IMG/VR virus record: IMGVR_UViG_3300017761_001967 | Location: 1 to 59,106 of that record | Length of the DNA: 59,106 nucleotides | Direction: 5' to 3' (one strand) | Source of the DNA: a virus | Lineage: Duplodnaviria; Caudoviricetes | Part shown: piece by piece, positions 34,670 to 46,100 of the stretch | How positions within the stretch are numbered: the stretch's first letter is position 1 | Layout of the letters: every line of letters starts with the position of its first letter | Translations under genes and position numbers: made by a program | Notes under the pieces: model-generated | Seen by the model: the letters and a program-made list of their open reading frames with translations, nothing else | The model's database searches: none | Told to the model about the DNA's origin: nothing

Positions 34670-37600
34670 ATGGCTGATGTAGAATCCAATATTCATGTAA
34701 ATATTGATACGTCTGATGCTTTAGCAAGTCTAAAACTTCTGCAACGACAAATATCAGCCTTCCATACACAGATGTCAAAGTCTGGTGCTGCTGCATCAGC
34801 AGTCTCAGCAAATCAAGCACAGAACTTGATGAACAGCATAAATGCTACTGGTAAATTCCAAGCATCGATGCGTACAGTTAAAACAAGTACAGAGTCGTTC
34901 ACAGATGCTTTAGAAAAAAATAAGTTAACTTCAAGAGAGTATTTTAGATACACTGGCGCAGCCACAAAAACTTTCGGTAGACTGTTTAAGTCTGAATTTG
35001 AGACAATAAACAAAGTAGCACGAGAGCGTGTAAAAGATATTCAGACCCAGTATGTTAAGATGGGTAGAGGGGCCAATGGCGCTCTTCAAGCAATTGCGGT
35101 AAGACCTCTTACACTAGACATGAAAAACCTTGGCACACAAACAGCCATGGCAGCACAGAAGCAACAACTGTTAAATCAATTATTAAAACAAGGATCTACT
35201 AACCTTCTAAACTTTGGTAAGAATACTCAGTGGGCTGGCCGTCAGTTGATGGTTGGTTTTACAGTACCTCTTGCAATGCTCGGAACTGCTGCAGCAAAAA
35301 CATTTATGGCAATGGAAGAGCAGGCAATTAGATTTAAGCGTGTTTATGGAGACATGTTTACAACAAAAGAGCAAACAGATGAAATGGTTAGCCAGATTCA
35401 AACACTTGCAAGAGAGTATACAAAGTATGGCGTTGCAGTAGAAGAAACAATGAAGATGGCAGCAGATGCTGCAGCAATGGGTAAGGTTGGAGCAGAACTT
35501 ACTGCACAGGTAGCACAAGCAACTCGCCTAGCAGTTCTCGGTGGAGTTGAACAATCACAAGCACTTGAAACAACAATATCAATTACAAATGCATTTGGCG
35601 TTGCAGCAGAAGACTTAACTAAAAAAATTGACTTCCTCAACGCAGTTGAAAACCAGACTGTAGTATCTATTGAAGATTTAACTATTGCAATTCCAAAGGC
35701 TGGACCAGTTGTTCAGCAACTTGGTGGAGATGTAGAAGATCTTGCATTCTTCCTAACAGCAATGAAGGAAGGTGGAATCAATGCATCAGAAGGAGCAAAC
35801 GCACTTAAGTCTGGTCTTGCATCTTTAATTAATCCATCAGCAAAAGCAAGCGCTTTCTTGGCAGACCTTGGTATAAACATTAAAGGAATTGTTGAAGCAA
35901 ATAAGGGAGATGTTAAGTCAACAGTCGTTGATTTTTCAAAGGCATTAGATACCCTTGATCCACTTAATCGTGCAAGAGCCATTGAGCAATTATTTGGAAA
36001 GTTCCAGTTTTCTCGTCTATCCACATTGTTCCAAAACGTAACGGCAGAGGGTACACAAGCAGCAAGAGTTCTAGAACTTACAAAAGCAACAACCGAAGAG
36101 TTAGCAATTCTGTCTGAGCGAGAATTAGGCAAGATTGAAGAAACAACAACATATAAATTTAAGAAATCAATTGAAGACTTAAAGGTTACACTTGCTCCAG
36201 TAGGAGAGCAATTCCTAAAGGCGTTAACACCTATAGTCGAGTTTGCCTCAAAGATTTTAGAAAAGTTTAATGATCTTGGTGATGGTAGTAAAAAATTCTT
36301 AACAATCTTTACAGTCGCTGTTGCAGGAGTTGGTCCAATATTACTTATGAGTTTTGGTTTGGTAGCAAATGCTATTGCTAACATAATTAAATTATTTACA
36401 AATATGAGAGGTGGTTTTCAAAAGGTCGGATCATCAACACAGATCCTGGGACAACAAACAAACTACTTAACGCAAGAACAACTTGAGGCATCAGCCGTTG
36501 CAGCATCACTAGATCAGGTTCACCAAAGACTTAAACAAACATTTACATCAGAAGCATCTTCAATAAATATGTTAGCAACTGCTTATCAAAGAGCAATTGC
36601 AGCACAAAGAGCATTTGGTATGCCAGGAGGAATGAGACCTGGGGTTGCTCCTAAAAAGTTTGCAGATGGCGGAATTATCACTGGTCCAGGAGGACCAACA
36701 TCAGACTCTATTCCAATTATGGGATCCAATGGAGAAGCAATTATCTCTGCAAAGGTTGTTGGTAAGTATCCTGGACTTGTTCAGGGCTTGATTGCAGACA
36801 ACATTCCTGGATACAAAAAAGCAGGAATTATTGGTCAATCTAAAAGTGTAAACGTTGCAGGACAATCATTTGGTTTGTCTGGCGGAAGTCAGGGAACAAT
36901 AAGAGCAATCCAATCAAAGATAGATGCAAGCATTGGTCAGATAGATGATCTAATTGGACAAGCATTAACTAACCTAGCATCAGAAACTGAACTAACAGTC
37001 AAGAAGTTTAGAAATGAAGTTAGAAAACTTGCACAGGCACAAGGTAAGACTGTAGCATCACTTGGACCCTCATTTGCTTCTAACTCTGAAAAGAGAGTTG
37101 GTGGCGGTGGTGCTTACTCTGCTCCTAAGTCACTTGGAAGTCCAGCAGATCAATTAAGAAGAGAGCGTGGAAAAACTGCAGCAGCAGCAGAGATGGCTCC
37201 AGCAAGGGCATCAGCAAAAGCAATTAGACAAACGATGGAAAAGTATGGTGCCACCCCTGCACAGATTAAGTCTGCTACACAAATTGATAGATCACACACA
37301 GTCGCTGTTTCAAAAGAGCAGAAGGCCGTAAAGACTGGCGTAAAGACTGGAATGAAAAATCCAGCATGGAGTAGTAATGTCTGGACACCACAAACTGGTG
37401 CAGAAAATAATTCAATCCTTGAAAGTCTTAAGAAGTCTGAAAAATACAGAAAACTATATCAAGAGTATTTGGTAAAGACTGGAGCAACAGAAACACAGAT
37501 TAACTCTATTATGTCAAACATAAATAAGGGTGTTGCATTAACAGAAGAGCAGTTATCTGTTCAGGGTAGGGCTCTTAGACAGATTGCAGTTGATTCAAAA

Positions 37601-40600
37601 ACAAACGCTGCTATTGAAAAACAAACAAGCAGAAACTTTGTTATGTATGCCGATGCTGTTGGTCAAGGAGCACTTGCTAGAGAAAAGGTTCTTGCAAGAC
37701 AGCCTCAAAAACTAAGAGACTTAACAGTAAGAAACCAAAAGGCTATTCAGGCAATTGCAGATGAACTTCCAAATGCAGCAGCATTAGCGCTACAGACTAA
37801 GTCTCCATCACGCAAGATGCGTAAGGTTGGTCAAGATGCTGGCGCTGGACTTGTAATTGGTGCAAGAGAATATATTGATGATGCAAGAGCAACGGGACAA
37901 CAACTTGGAGCAGCAACAGTCCAGGGTAGCCAGTCAATGGCAGCAGCATCAAGAACAAAGTTGTATGGAACTGGACCAATAGATGCTAATCAAAAATCAA
38001 TAAGAAGACAACTAGAAGCACAGAAAAAGAGAAGTGATCTTGCTCAAAAGTCTGGATATCCAGCATCAGTAATATCAGCATCTGCTGCAAATTCTGCTAC
38101 CAAGCAAACACCATCTTCAAGACTGTCAACTATTTCTCAAAAGATAAAAGATAGAAGAGCAGAAAGAAAACAGGCTGGCAATGGTATGGGCGCAGGTGGC
38201 AAGATGATGGCTGCCTCTGGAGTTATGATGGCTGCTTCCATGATACCTGGTGCTGTTGGAGATACTGCCCAAAAATTAATGATGCCAATGATGGCCCTTT
38301 CAATGGTTATGCCATTATTAACAAGTGCAATGGGAATTGCTGTTGTGGCACTTGGTGCTGTTGCAGCAAGTCTATATTATTTTAATCAAAACATAAAGAA
38401 GGCAAGAGAAGAAGGAGTTGCACTTGCAAATGCAATGTCTATGGGAACTGATAAGATAAAAGCATTGTCAATGGTTACTGGAAAAGTTTCAGCAAGTGAG
38501 TCGGCACAAAGAAAAAGAGAAAACGCACTTTCTGGATCAACAGAAGGACAGAGAAGATCTGGTCAAACTATTTTAGAAAGTGGTTTTGGCAAAACACTGC
38601 TAGGAGATATTGATAAGCAAGCAAAGGCTGGAATTAATCCAGAAGCAATTGGAAAAAATATTTCTTCAAATCTTGCTCAAGCAATCATGCAGGGTGTAAT
38701 AACAACAGATCAAGCAAAAAGTATTGCCTCTGCACTTGGAGAGCAATTAGGAGACTATTCAATCCCAGCAACAATTACTGGAAATCTTGTGCAACTTCTT
38801 GGACCAAATGGAGAAAACCTGTACACAGACCCTCTTTCAGTAGCGCTAACTATTAAAGCAAATACAATGCAAAATGTTCAAGAGGCTTTTGATCAGGCAA
38901 TCACTGGAGCAAACTCTTCTGCAGTATACAAATCATTGCCATTATGGAAAAAGATTGCTGATGTAGTTGTTGGTGGCTTGACAGATAGTAGCCCATTTGC
39001 CAATAACGAATTAAAATCACGAAATGCAAAGTTAGATGCAGCAGCAATTCAATCAGCAACATTGGCTGTTCAAGAAAATCAAGCAACTGCAGACGCAATA
39101 GAAAAAGCGTATGCAATAAAAATACAAAGTGCAAAAACAGACAAAGAAGCGTTAGCATTTGAAGATGAAAGAAAAAGAAAGATCGATGCACTAAATACTG
39201 CAAATGCTACAACTCTTGCTACAGTAAAAACTTTATCTTCTAAACTTTCTAATAAAGATTTTAATGCTGCAATCAATACATCCTTAGATGCAGCATATAA
39301 AGATGCTTCAGAAAACATAAAAACTGCAGTCGCTGCTGCAAAAGACGAACTATCAGTTTTTGCAGACACGCCATTTAAGAAAGATATACAATTAGGGTTT
39401 GCGTCTAAGGATCTAACTGCAAACTCAGTTACGAAGATTTTAAAAGCAGTTGGCGAAAATAAAAATCTAGAAGGTCAGATTGGTATTTTAATAAAAGAAG
39501 AAGGTTTTGCAGACACGAACTCCTTTATACAGCAATTTTCAAAAACTGGTGGCAGCGCAAAGACAATGGAATTAATGTTAAATTATGCAAACACAAACAA
39601 AGAGTCATTTGATAAAGACCTAAGTGCCTTAGAAATACTGGGTAGATTTAAAGAACAATATAGCATTACTCTAGACCTAAAGACAAATGGTGTAAATCAA
39701 TTGGCCATAGCGTCAAATGCTTTAACTGCTATTGCTCCATTGCCAGATAAATTAGATTTTGCACTTATAACAAAACTTGCAGGAGAAAACCCAGCAGTAT
39801 TTGCTGGCGTGAAAGCAGATTGGGCAGCACTTTCTGAAGGTAAGGACACAATAAATAAAAACCTAGTTGTAAATTATTTAGTTGGAAAGGGTGATCCAAA
39901 TGTTATTGCTGCAGCAAATAATGAGTTTGCAGGAAAGGGTCTTTCTCAAAGCACAGGAGTTGCAACATATATTGCAAAGGGGTTTGTAACACCACCAGCA
40001 AAAGTTATTGAAAAGCCTACGACAACCACAGACAAAAAAGGAATAGACTCATCTCCACTAGATGATCTATTAAAGAAACTAAGAGATGTAAGAAAGAATC
40101 AGATACAGGTTACAGAAGGGTTTGCTGCATCTTCTAAGGCACTGAATAAACTATTTGGTGGCAGCAAGACAATTGGAGTATTTAGCGGTATTGAAAATGA
40201 CATGAGAAAACTAGGAGCAGGAGAAGACCTAATTGATCTCATAGTTGGTATGGATCCAAAAGAATATGAAAAAGAAAAGAAGAAGTTATTTAAGTTTGAC
40301 GAAAAAGGAAATATCTCAGCAATAAAAGATACTGCTAAAAGCATAGGAGATGCACTTCAGTCTATTAAACTTGGAGAGTTTGTAAGCGATCAAGAAAGAA
40401 TGGCTAAACAAATTGGTAATCAAACTACAGCATTGACCAGACTAAAGGCTGCTGGTGTTGAAGGGTCTGTTGCTCTAGAAGCAGTTGCAGATGCAACCTT
40501 CGCAGCAGCAATTGCAAATAAAAAATTAGATGATAAGCAAATCAAAAAGATTACAGATGCCTGGAAAGAAGCAACAAAACAAAAAAGAGACTACGCTGCA

Positions 40601-42490
40601 ATTGAAGCCTTACAGGCTGAAGAAACAACGCTTGATGACAATGTTCTTCTTCTAACAAGAATGACAGAAGTCATGGGAAGATTTACACAAGAACAGTTGA
40701 ATACAATTATGCAAAGTGAAAATCTTAAAAAAGCATTAGTTAATTTAGCATCAGTTAAGCCAGGATCAGATGGATACAAGAGATTCATAGATGTTCTTAC
40801 AAAGGCAATAAATAAAGAAAAGGTTCAAATACAAATTGATGCAGTCTCAATTGAAGGAATGCAAAAGATTTTTGATAGAGGTTTCTCTAATGCAATGGAC
40901 CAAGCCGATGTTAAAGAAAAAACTCTTCAGTTGCAATTTGATGTAGAGACAGAGGATCTTCAAAACCAGATCGATCTTGCACAGGATAAAATTGACAAGG
41001 CTCAGTATGATATAGACGACAAAGAAGCAGCCCTAAGAGCAATTGAAAAACAAGAAGAAAAGATTAATGAAAAATATGATGAAAGACTTAAGGCATTAGA
41101 TGAAGTTGAAAAAGCAAATGCAGCAATCTCTCAACAGCAAAAGGGCCAGTTAACTCTTGCAGAAGCCTTAACATCTGGAGACATAGCAGCAGCAGCAAAG
41201 GCTGCTCAGGATATGAGAGCACAGGCTGCAGCAGATGCAGTAACAAAAGAAAGAGATGCTCTAGAAAAATCTAAGCAAAATGAACTTTCAAAAGTTACAG
41301 AAGGTGGAAAAACTAGAAAGGTTCTTGAAAAAGAAATTAAAGACTTAGAGGACTATATCTTTGATTTAGAAGAAAAGGACATTGAAAAACCACAAGAAGA
41401 AATAAGAAAGAAGAATGTTGACCTTAGAGAACAAATAAAGAAGTTGGATATCTTTAGAAGAGGCTGGGAACAACTTCAAAATAGAGTTGATGTTGCAAGA
41501 ACAAAGAGCGCAAAGTTTGTGCAAGAAATGGATAACGCTGAAAAGATTGTTGACAAACTTATAAAAGCATACGAAGAGGAAGAAGTTGACATTATCCTGC
41601 CTGCAGAAAGCACAACTACTGCTACAGGAACACCTACAGCAACACCAAGTGCGACAGCAACAGAAGAGCGACCAGCATCACAAAGTGCGACAGGAACTCC
41701 TACAGTAACTGATGCAGCAACTACCACAACTAACCCAGAATTTCGTGGCACTGCAACAACAGTTTTAGAATCAGCATCTTCCGCATTAACAGGAACACAA
41801 AACCAATATACTAATCTTGGAAATAAACCAAGTGATCAATCATCAGTTGTACAATTACACTATGCTGACTTAAAAAGAATTTCAGATGATGCTGCAAAGA
41901 ATTTTATGCTTTTTAATCAGGCAATGAATGTTAGAGATGTAACCAAAAATGCTGGAAGCACTCCAGGTATGCACCTAGATAGTCTATATAAGCAGCAAAA
42001 CGCAGCAGCAATACAAAATGCAATGAAGCCAACAGCAGGGATGCTTGCACAAGAAAAGGCTGTTAAAGACTCAGCAGCAAAGGCTGCAGCAGCAGCAGCA
42101 GCAAAGAAAGCAGCAGACGCAGCAACACTTAAGAAGTTTGGTGGAAATGCAGCAGCAGCAAACGCATTTGGAAACTGGTCTATGGGTGGACTCATTCCTA
42201 AGATGTTTGCTCTTGGTGGTTTTGCAAAGGGTACAGATACTGTTCCAGCAATGCTAACTCCAGGAGAGTTTATAATGAGTAAGTATGCTGTAGATACCTA
42301 TGGTGTAGATCATATGAAAAAAATGAACAATGGAGATCTTGGTAGCGGGGCAGTGTATAATAATACATATGCACTAACAGTTAATGCAAAAACAGATGCA
42401 AATCCAAATGATATTGCACAAGCAGTAATGTCAACTATAAAGAGAGTTGACGACAGAAGAATTAGAGGGGTGTCACTAAATGGTAGATGA
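34670..42490 (+). CDS. Tape measure protein (2606 aa)
   Basis: TP901-like TMP core (G.ASEGANALKS.L..L.NP, IEQLFGK), hydrophobic segments, long coiled coils, C-terminal GTDTVPAMLTPGEF. Confidence 0.93.
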   Translation: MADVESNIHVNIDTSDALASLKLLQRQISAFHTQMSKSGAAASAVSANQAQNLMNSINATGKFQASMRTVKTSTESFTDALEKNKLTSREYFRYTGAATKTFGRLFKSEFETINKVARERVKDIQTQYVKMGRGANGALQAIAVRPLTLDMKNLGTQTAMAAQKQQLLNQLLKQGSTNLLNFGKNTQWAGRQLMVGFTVPLAMLGTAAAKTFMAMEEQAIRFKRVYGDMFTTKEQTDEMVSQIQTLAREYTKYGVAVEETMKMAADAAAMGKVGAELTAQVAQATRLAVLGGVEQSQALETTISITNAFGVAAEDLTKKIDFLNAVENQTVVSIEDLTIAIPKAGPVVQQLGGDVEDLAFFLTAMKEGGINASEGANALKSGLASLINPSAKASAFLADLGINIKGIVEANKGDVKSTVVDFSKALDTLDPLNRARAIEQLFGKFQFSRLSTLFQNVTAEGTQAARVLELTKATTEELAILSERELGKIEETTTYKFKKSIEDLKVTLAPVGEQFLKALTPIVEFASKILEKFNDLGDGSKKFLTIFTVAVAGVGPILLMSFGLVANAIANIIKLFTNMRGGFQKVGSSTQILGQQTNYLTQEQLEASAVAASLDQVHQRLKQTFTSEASSINMLATAYQRAIAAQRAFGMPGGMRPGVAPKKFADGGIITGPGGPTSDSIPIMGSNGEAIISAKVVGKYPGLVQGLIADNIPGYKKAGIIGQSKSVNVAGQSFGLSGGSQGTIRAIQSKIDASIGQIDDLIGQALTNLASETELTVKKFRNEVRKLAQAQGKTVASLGPSFASNSEKRVGGGGAYSAPKSLGSPADQLRRERGKTAAAAEMAPARASAKAIRQTMEKYGATPAQIKSATQIDRSHTVAVSKEQKAVKTGVKTGMKNPAWSSNVWTPQTGAENNSILESLKKSEKYRKLYQEYLVKTGATETQINSIMSNINKGVALTEEQLSVQGRALRQIAVDSKTNAAIEKQTSRNFVMYADAVGQGALAREKVLARQPQKLRDLTVRNQKAIQAIADELPNAAALALQTKSPSRKMRKVGQDAGAGLVIGAREYIDDARATGQQLGAATVQGSQSMAAASRTKLYGTGPIDANQKSIRRQLEAQKKRSDLAQKSGYPASVISASAANSATKQTPSSRLSTISQKIKDRRAERKQAGNGMGAGGKMMAASGVMMAASMIPGAVGDTAQKLMMPMMALSMVMPLLTSAMGIAVVALGAVAASLYYFNQNIKKAREEGVALANAMSMGTDKIKALSMVTGKVSASESAQRKRENALSGSTEGQRRSGQTILESGFGKTLLGDIDKQAKAGINPEAIGKNISSNLAQAIMQGVITTDQAKSIASALGEQLGDYSIPATITGNLVQLLGPNGENLYTDPLSVALTIKANTMQNVQEAFDQAITGANSSAVYKSLPLWKKIADVVVGGLTDSSPFANNELKSRNAKLDAAAIQSATLAVQENQATADAIEKAYAIKIQSAKTDKEALAFEDERKRKIDALNTANATTLATVKTLSSKLSNKDFNAAINTSLDAAYKDASENIKTAVAAAKDELSVFADTPFKKDIQLGFASKDLTANSVTKILKAVGENKNLEGQIGILIKEEGFADTNSFIQQFSKTGGSAKTMELMLNYANTNKESFDKDLSALEILGRFKEQYSITLDLKTNGVNQLAIASNALTAIAPLPDKLDFALITKLAGENPAVFAGVKADWAALSEGKDTINKNLVVNYLVGKGDPNVIAAANNEFAGKGLSQSTGVATYIAKGFVTPPAKVIEKPTTTTDKKGIDSSPLDDLLKKLRDVRKNQIQVTEGFAASSKALNKLFGGSKTIGVFSGIENDMRKLGAGEDLIDLIVGMDPKEYEKEKKKLFKFDEKGNISAIKDTAKSIGDALQSIKLGEFVSDQERMAKQIGNQTTALTRLKAAGVEGSVALEAVADATFAAAIANKKLDDKQIKKITDAWKEATKQKRDYAAIEALQAEETTLDDNVLLLTRMTEVMGRFTQEQLNTIMQSENLKKALVNLASVKPGSDGYKRFIDVLTKAINKEKVQIQIDAVSIEGMQKIFDRGFSNAMDQADVKEKTLQLQFDVETEDLQNQIDLAQDKIDKAQYDIDDKEAALRAIEKQEEKINEKYDERLKALDEVEKANAAISQQQKGQLTLAEALTSGDIAAAAKAAQDMRAQAAADAVTKERDALEKSKQNELSKVTEGGKTRKVLEKEIKDLEDYIFDLEEKDIEKPQEEIRKKNVDLREQIKKLDIFRRGWEQLQNRVDVARTKSAKFVQEMDNAEKIVDKLIKAYEEEEVDIILPAESTTTATGTPTATPSATATEERPASQSATGTPTVTDAATTTTNPEFRGTATTVLESASSALTGTQNQYTNLGNKPSDQSSVVQLHYADLKRISDDAAKNFMLFNQAMNVRDVTKNAGSTPGMHLDSLYKQQNAAAIQNAMKPTAGMLAQEKAVKDSAAKAAAAAAAKKAADAATLKKFGGNAAAANAFGNWSMGGLIPKMFALGGFAKGTDTVPAMLTPGEFIMSKYAVDTYGVDHMKKMNNGDLGSGAVYNNTYALTVNAKTDANPNDIAQAVMSTIKRVDDRRIRGVSLNGR

Positions 42491-43118
42491 TATAGATCCT
42501 AGGGTAACCTATATACAAGGTCGCAAGAAATATCACAGACCAAGTGGTATGCTTTGGTCTGAAAATACAGGAACTCTTAAAAATGGTTTGTATGTCCCCA
42601 ATGGTTTTGAAATTGGGGTAGATCCAAATGACGTTGAAGATCAAACCCTGCTAGACCAATTCCTGGTCATTACTGATGACAACAGACAGCCTCTTGAGTT
42701 CTCAGAAGAAAGAATTGAAAAGCGTGAAAGAATGATTAACGGTCGTATGAGATCGTATCACATTGCAGACAAGGTAACTTTGAGTACAAGTTGGAATTTA
42801 ATTCCATCTAGGTCTCATGCAAACATACCAACCTTTGATACAGTCACTGGAGTTTCTCCGTACAAGTCTTATACATCTGATGGTGGTGCTGGTGGAGCAG
42901 ATATGCTTGAGTGGTATGACGCACACAAAGGATCTTTCTGGGTATACCTTGCATATGATAGAAAAGGAATTTTTAAGGGAACGGCAGAACCATATGACCA
43001 CCTTCAACAATATAATCAACTTATAGAGATGTTTATTAGTGATTTTTCATACTCTGTTGAAAAAAGAGGAACTAATTTTGATTTCTGGAATGTCTCAATA
43101 AGCCTGGAAGAAGTGTAA
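42480..43118 (+). CDS. Putative distal tail protein
   Basis: Follows TMP; RMING, W.VSISLEEV terminus. Confidence 0.6.
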   Translation: MVDDIDPRVTYIQGRKKYHRPSGMLWSENTGTLKNGLYVPNGFEIGVDPNDVEDQTLLDQFLVITDDNRQPLEFSEERIEKRERMINGRMRSYHIADKVTLSTSWNLIPSRSHANIPTFDTVTGVSPYKSYTSDGGAGGADMLEWYDAHKGSFWVYLAYDRKGIFKGTAEPYDHLQQYNQLIEMFISDFSYSVEKRGTNFDFWNVSISLEEV

Positions 43119-46100
43119 TGTTTGAAGACAAAGACCTGCAAACATTTTTAGAGACTTCTTCGACGGTACGAAACAAGTCAATAATAACAGCAGAATGGAA
43201 TATGAACATACCAACCAATATAAAACATATTGGTAACTATAGGTACAGACCAACAGATGCTTCCTCTCTTTATTCTTCACTTCCTACAAGTTTTGATATT
43301 AATGATGCTGGAAATTTTTATACAGGAGCAACAGATGCAGATATCCTTGTAGATGGAACATTTGACAATGACAATATTCCAACAACATTTCTAACAAAAA
43401 ACGAAAAGTTAAAGACACTATATTCTTTAGAGGCATGCTTTGAGCAATTTAGACCAAGATCTGGAATAAACAAGGCAGTATTTTTTGAGAATGGGAAATT
43501 GCATCACCCCAATCTTGTTATGGCTGACAGGCCAAGATACTATATGCCAGATAAAAATGATAAGTTTAAGTACTGGACTTCATATAGAACAGAGTCTGGT
43601 CAAGAATACGGTATTGCGTCAAAGGTAAGAGGTTCTCAAAACTCTATAGAAGATGCTTGTCCTTTTGTTGTTTATAAAGAAAAGATTCCAGCAAATAGGG
43701 TTGTTGTTAAAATGCAAACTCACACTGGAACAGAAAACTTAGGCCCATTCTCATCCCCAACTGGAGCATTTTCAGACCCATTCTTTGGAGAGTTAAACCA
43801 AAAAGTTCCAACTAGATGGAAGATTCAATTTTTAAAAGATTTAAATTGGGAAGATGTCATTTCTTTTAATCCAGCAGTACGAAGAGCCGATGGTTCATCA
43901 ATCATTAAGAGTGATGGCTATGTTGAAATATCATATGGACTAATTGTTCCAGATGAATGGAAAGCAAATTTTGTTTTTGCTGAAGTATACACAAGTATAT
44001 CTTTGCTTCCTGAGCAGTCTGTATTCGGATATGCTTATCTTATTAAAGAAAATGAAAACGATATAGGTAAGTTTTATATTTGGAACGGTACAGATTATGC
44101 AATCATAACGCCAAAGTATGGTTGGTATGTACAAGATGAGACAGTAGACAGACTTACAAACTTTGTTGTAGATGCAACATCTCCAAACGTATTTACTAAA
44201 TCATTAGATGGAAAAGCACAGTATAGAGAATTCGAATACATATCTGGAATTAGAATAGTTGTAGACTCAATGAATGTAAAAGACTCAACCTTTGACCTTA
44301 TAGAGATATCTCCAAGACTTGTTCTTAATGTATCTGATAAAACACTAGACTATTCAATAAACAAGAGTGCCTCAGATCTTGGACTAAGTGGTTTGCCAGT
44401 TGGTCAGTTAATTGCTTCTAATGGAAACATTAATATATTTGATTATGATCAAGCATTTAATGAAAATAATCAATCAAGTATTATAGCAAAATATATCAAT
44501 AGGCATGTACAGTTTAAGTTTTATGAAGTAATCGTTGATGTTGCAGGATGGGATTACTGGGTACCAATTAAAACATTGTATTCCGATTCATTCCCTAAGC
44601 AAGATCTTATGGGTAAGACTGTGTCCATTTCTTTACGAGACATGTATTGGTATCTAGAATCAATAACTGCACCACAAATATTAATGACAGAAGTTTCTGT
44701 TAGTTCTGCAGTATCTCTTTTGCTAGACCATGTTGGATTTTCCAACTATACTTTTAAAAGAGTTGCAAATGAAAAAGAAGTTATAATTCCATACTTCTTT
44801 GTTGGACCAGACAAAAGCGTTGCACAAATTCTTCAAGACTTAGCAGTATCAACTCAGACTGCAATGTTCTTTGATGAGTACAATAACTTTGTCATGATGA
44901 GCAAAGATTATATTATGCCAACCAAAGAGCAAAGGCCTACAACGTTTGAATTAAAAGGAACAAATGATTTGTTTGAAGATAGAGAAATTAAAAATAAGAC
45001 ACTTGCCAATGCTAAACTTGCAAACATAATTTCTGTATCAAGTCAACCAAATAATGTATACAATGATGGTGTAATTAATTATACAACAAGACACATACAG
45101 AGATCTATTGGCTCTTTACGACAAGCCAGTCTTTTAGATGATGAAAGATTCTATATATATAAGCCTGCACTCCTATGGGAGGTTTCTGGAACAGAAAATA
45201 CAAAATCCATAAACAACGAAGTAGGTACACAGTCTGCATACGTCCTAAGTGCTATACCACTAAACTCTAATCTTACAGTAGATGTTCCAATTGTAAAAAA
45301 CAATATTGTAATTAATAATACCCTTAGTCTTGGCGAAGCAGCATACTGGATTACAAGATATAATGGATATTTTTATTCACAAGGAGAAATTATAAAATAC
45401 GATGCAGTCCAGTACAACGTGACTGGATTTGGTAATGTGTGGATAACTTCTACAGAAGACTATCAAAATTATTTTTCTAAACTTCCATTTAATGGTAAAA
45501 TATATCCAACTGGGCTTGTAAGAATTTATTCTGAGCCAAAATATTTTGAGCAATCTGGTGTTATCAGATTACAAAATGGAGAGGTTCAAAAACATGGTCG
45601 TGGACAATTTGGAACAACCGTGGTTGAACACTCTGCTGGAATATCTGATTACTGGAAGTCTGATGACAATGTAAAGGGCTGCTATATGTCTTCAGAGCAT
45701 ATTTTTGAAAAAACAGATCTACCTATTTTAACAACTGTTGCATCATCTGGAAAATTAACTGATTCTGGGATATCGTCTGATGCACTAGCAAGAACATCAT
45801 CTAGAAGCGGAATCATTAAAAACTTTATGTCAACTGCTATTGTTGGAGAGATAACTACAAACACTCAGCAACTTGCAGGGTCAGTACAGTCATCAGCCCT
45901 TTCTCTAACTGGTCCAAACTTTGCTACAAAAGAAAAACCAAGAAACTTTATTTCATACGTCCACAAGCCATTAGAAGGGAAAAAGTATAAGCACTTTGGA
46001 ACAAGGGTTAGAATTATTGGAAAGATTGAGGCAAACGAAGACCGTGGTCAAACATCAAACGGATCTTCAACTTACTATGTTGTAAATGGTTCTACACCAG

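Noticed and set aside
27810-42195. Long antisense ORFs (e.g. 27810-28334, 35713-36384, 39079-39369)
   Set aside because: They lie fully opposite well-supported genes, have mirror-frame composition and show no motifs.
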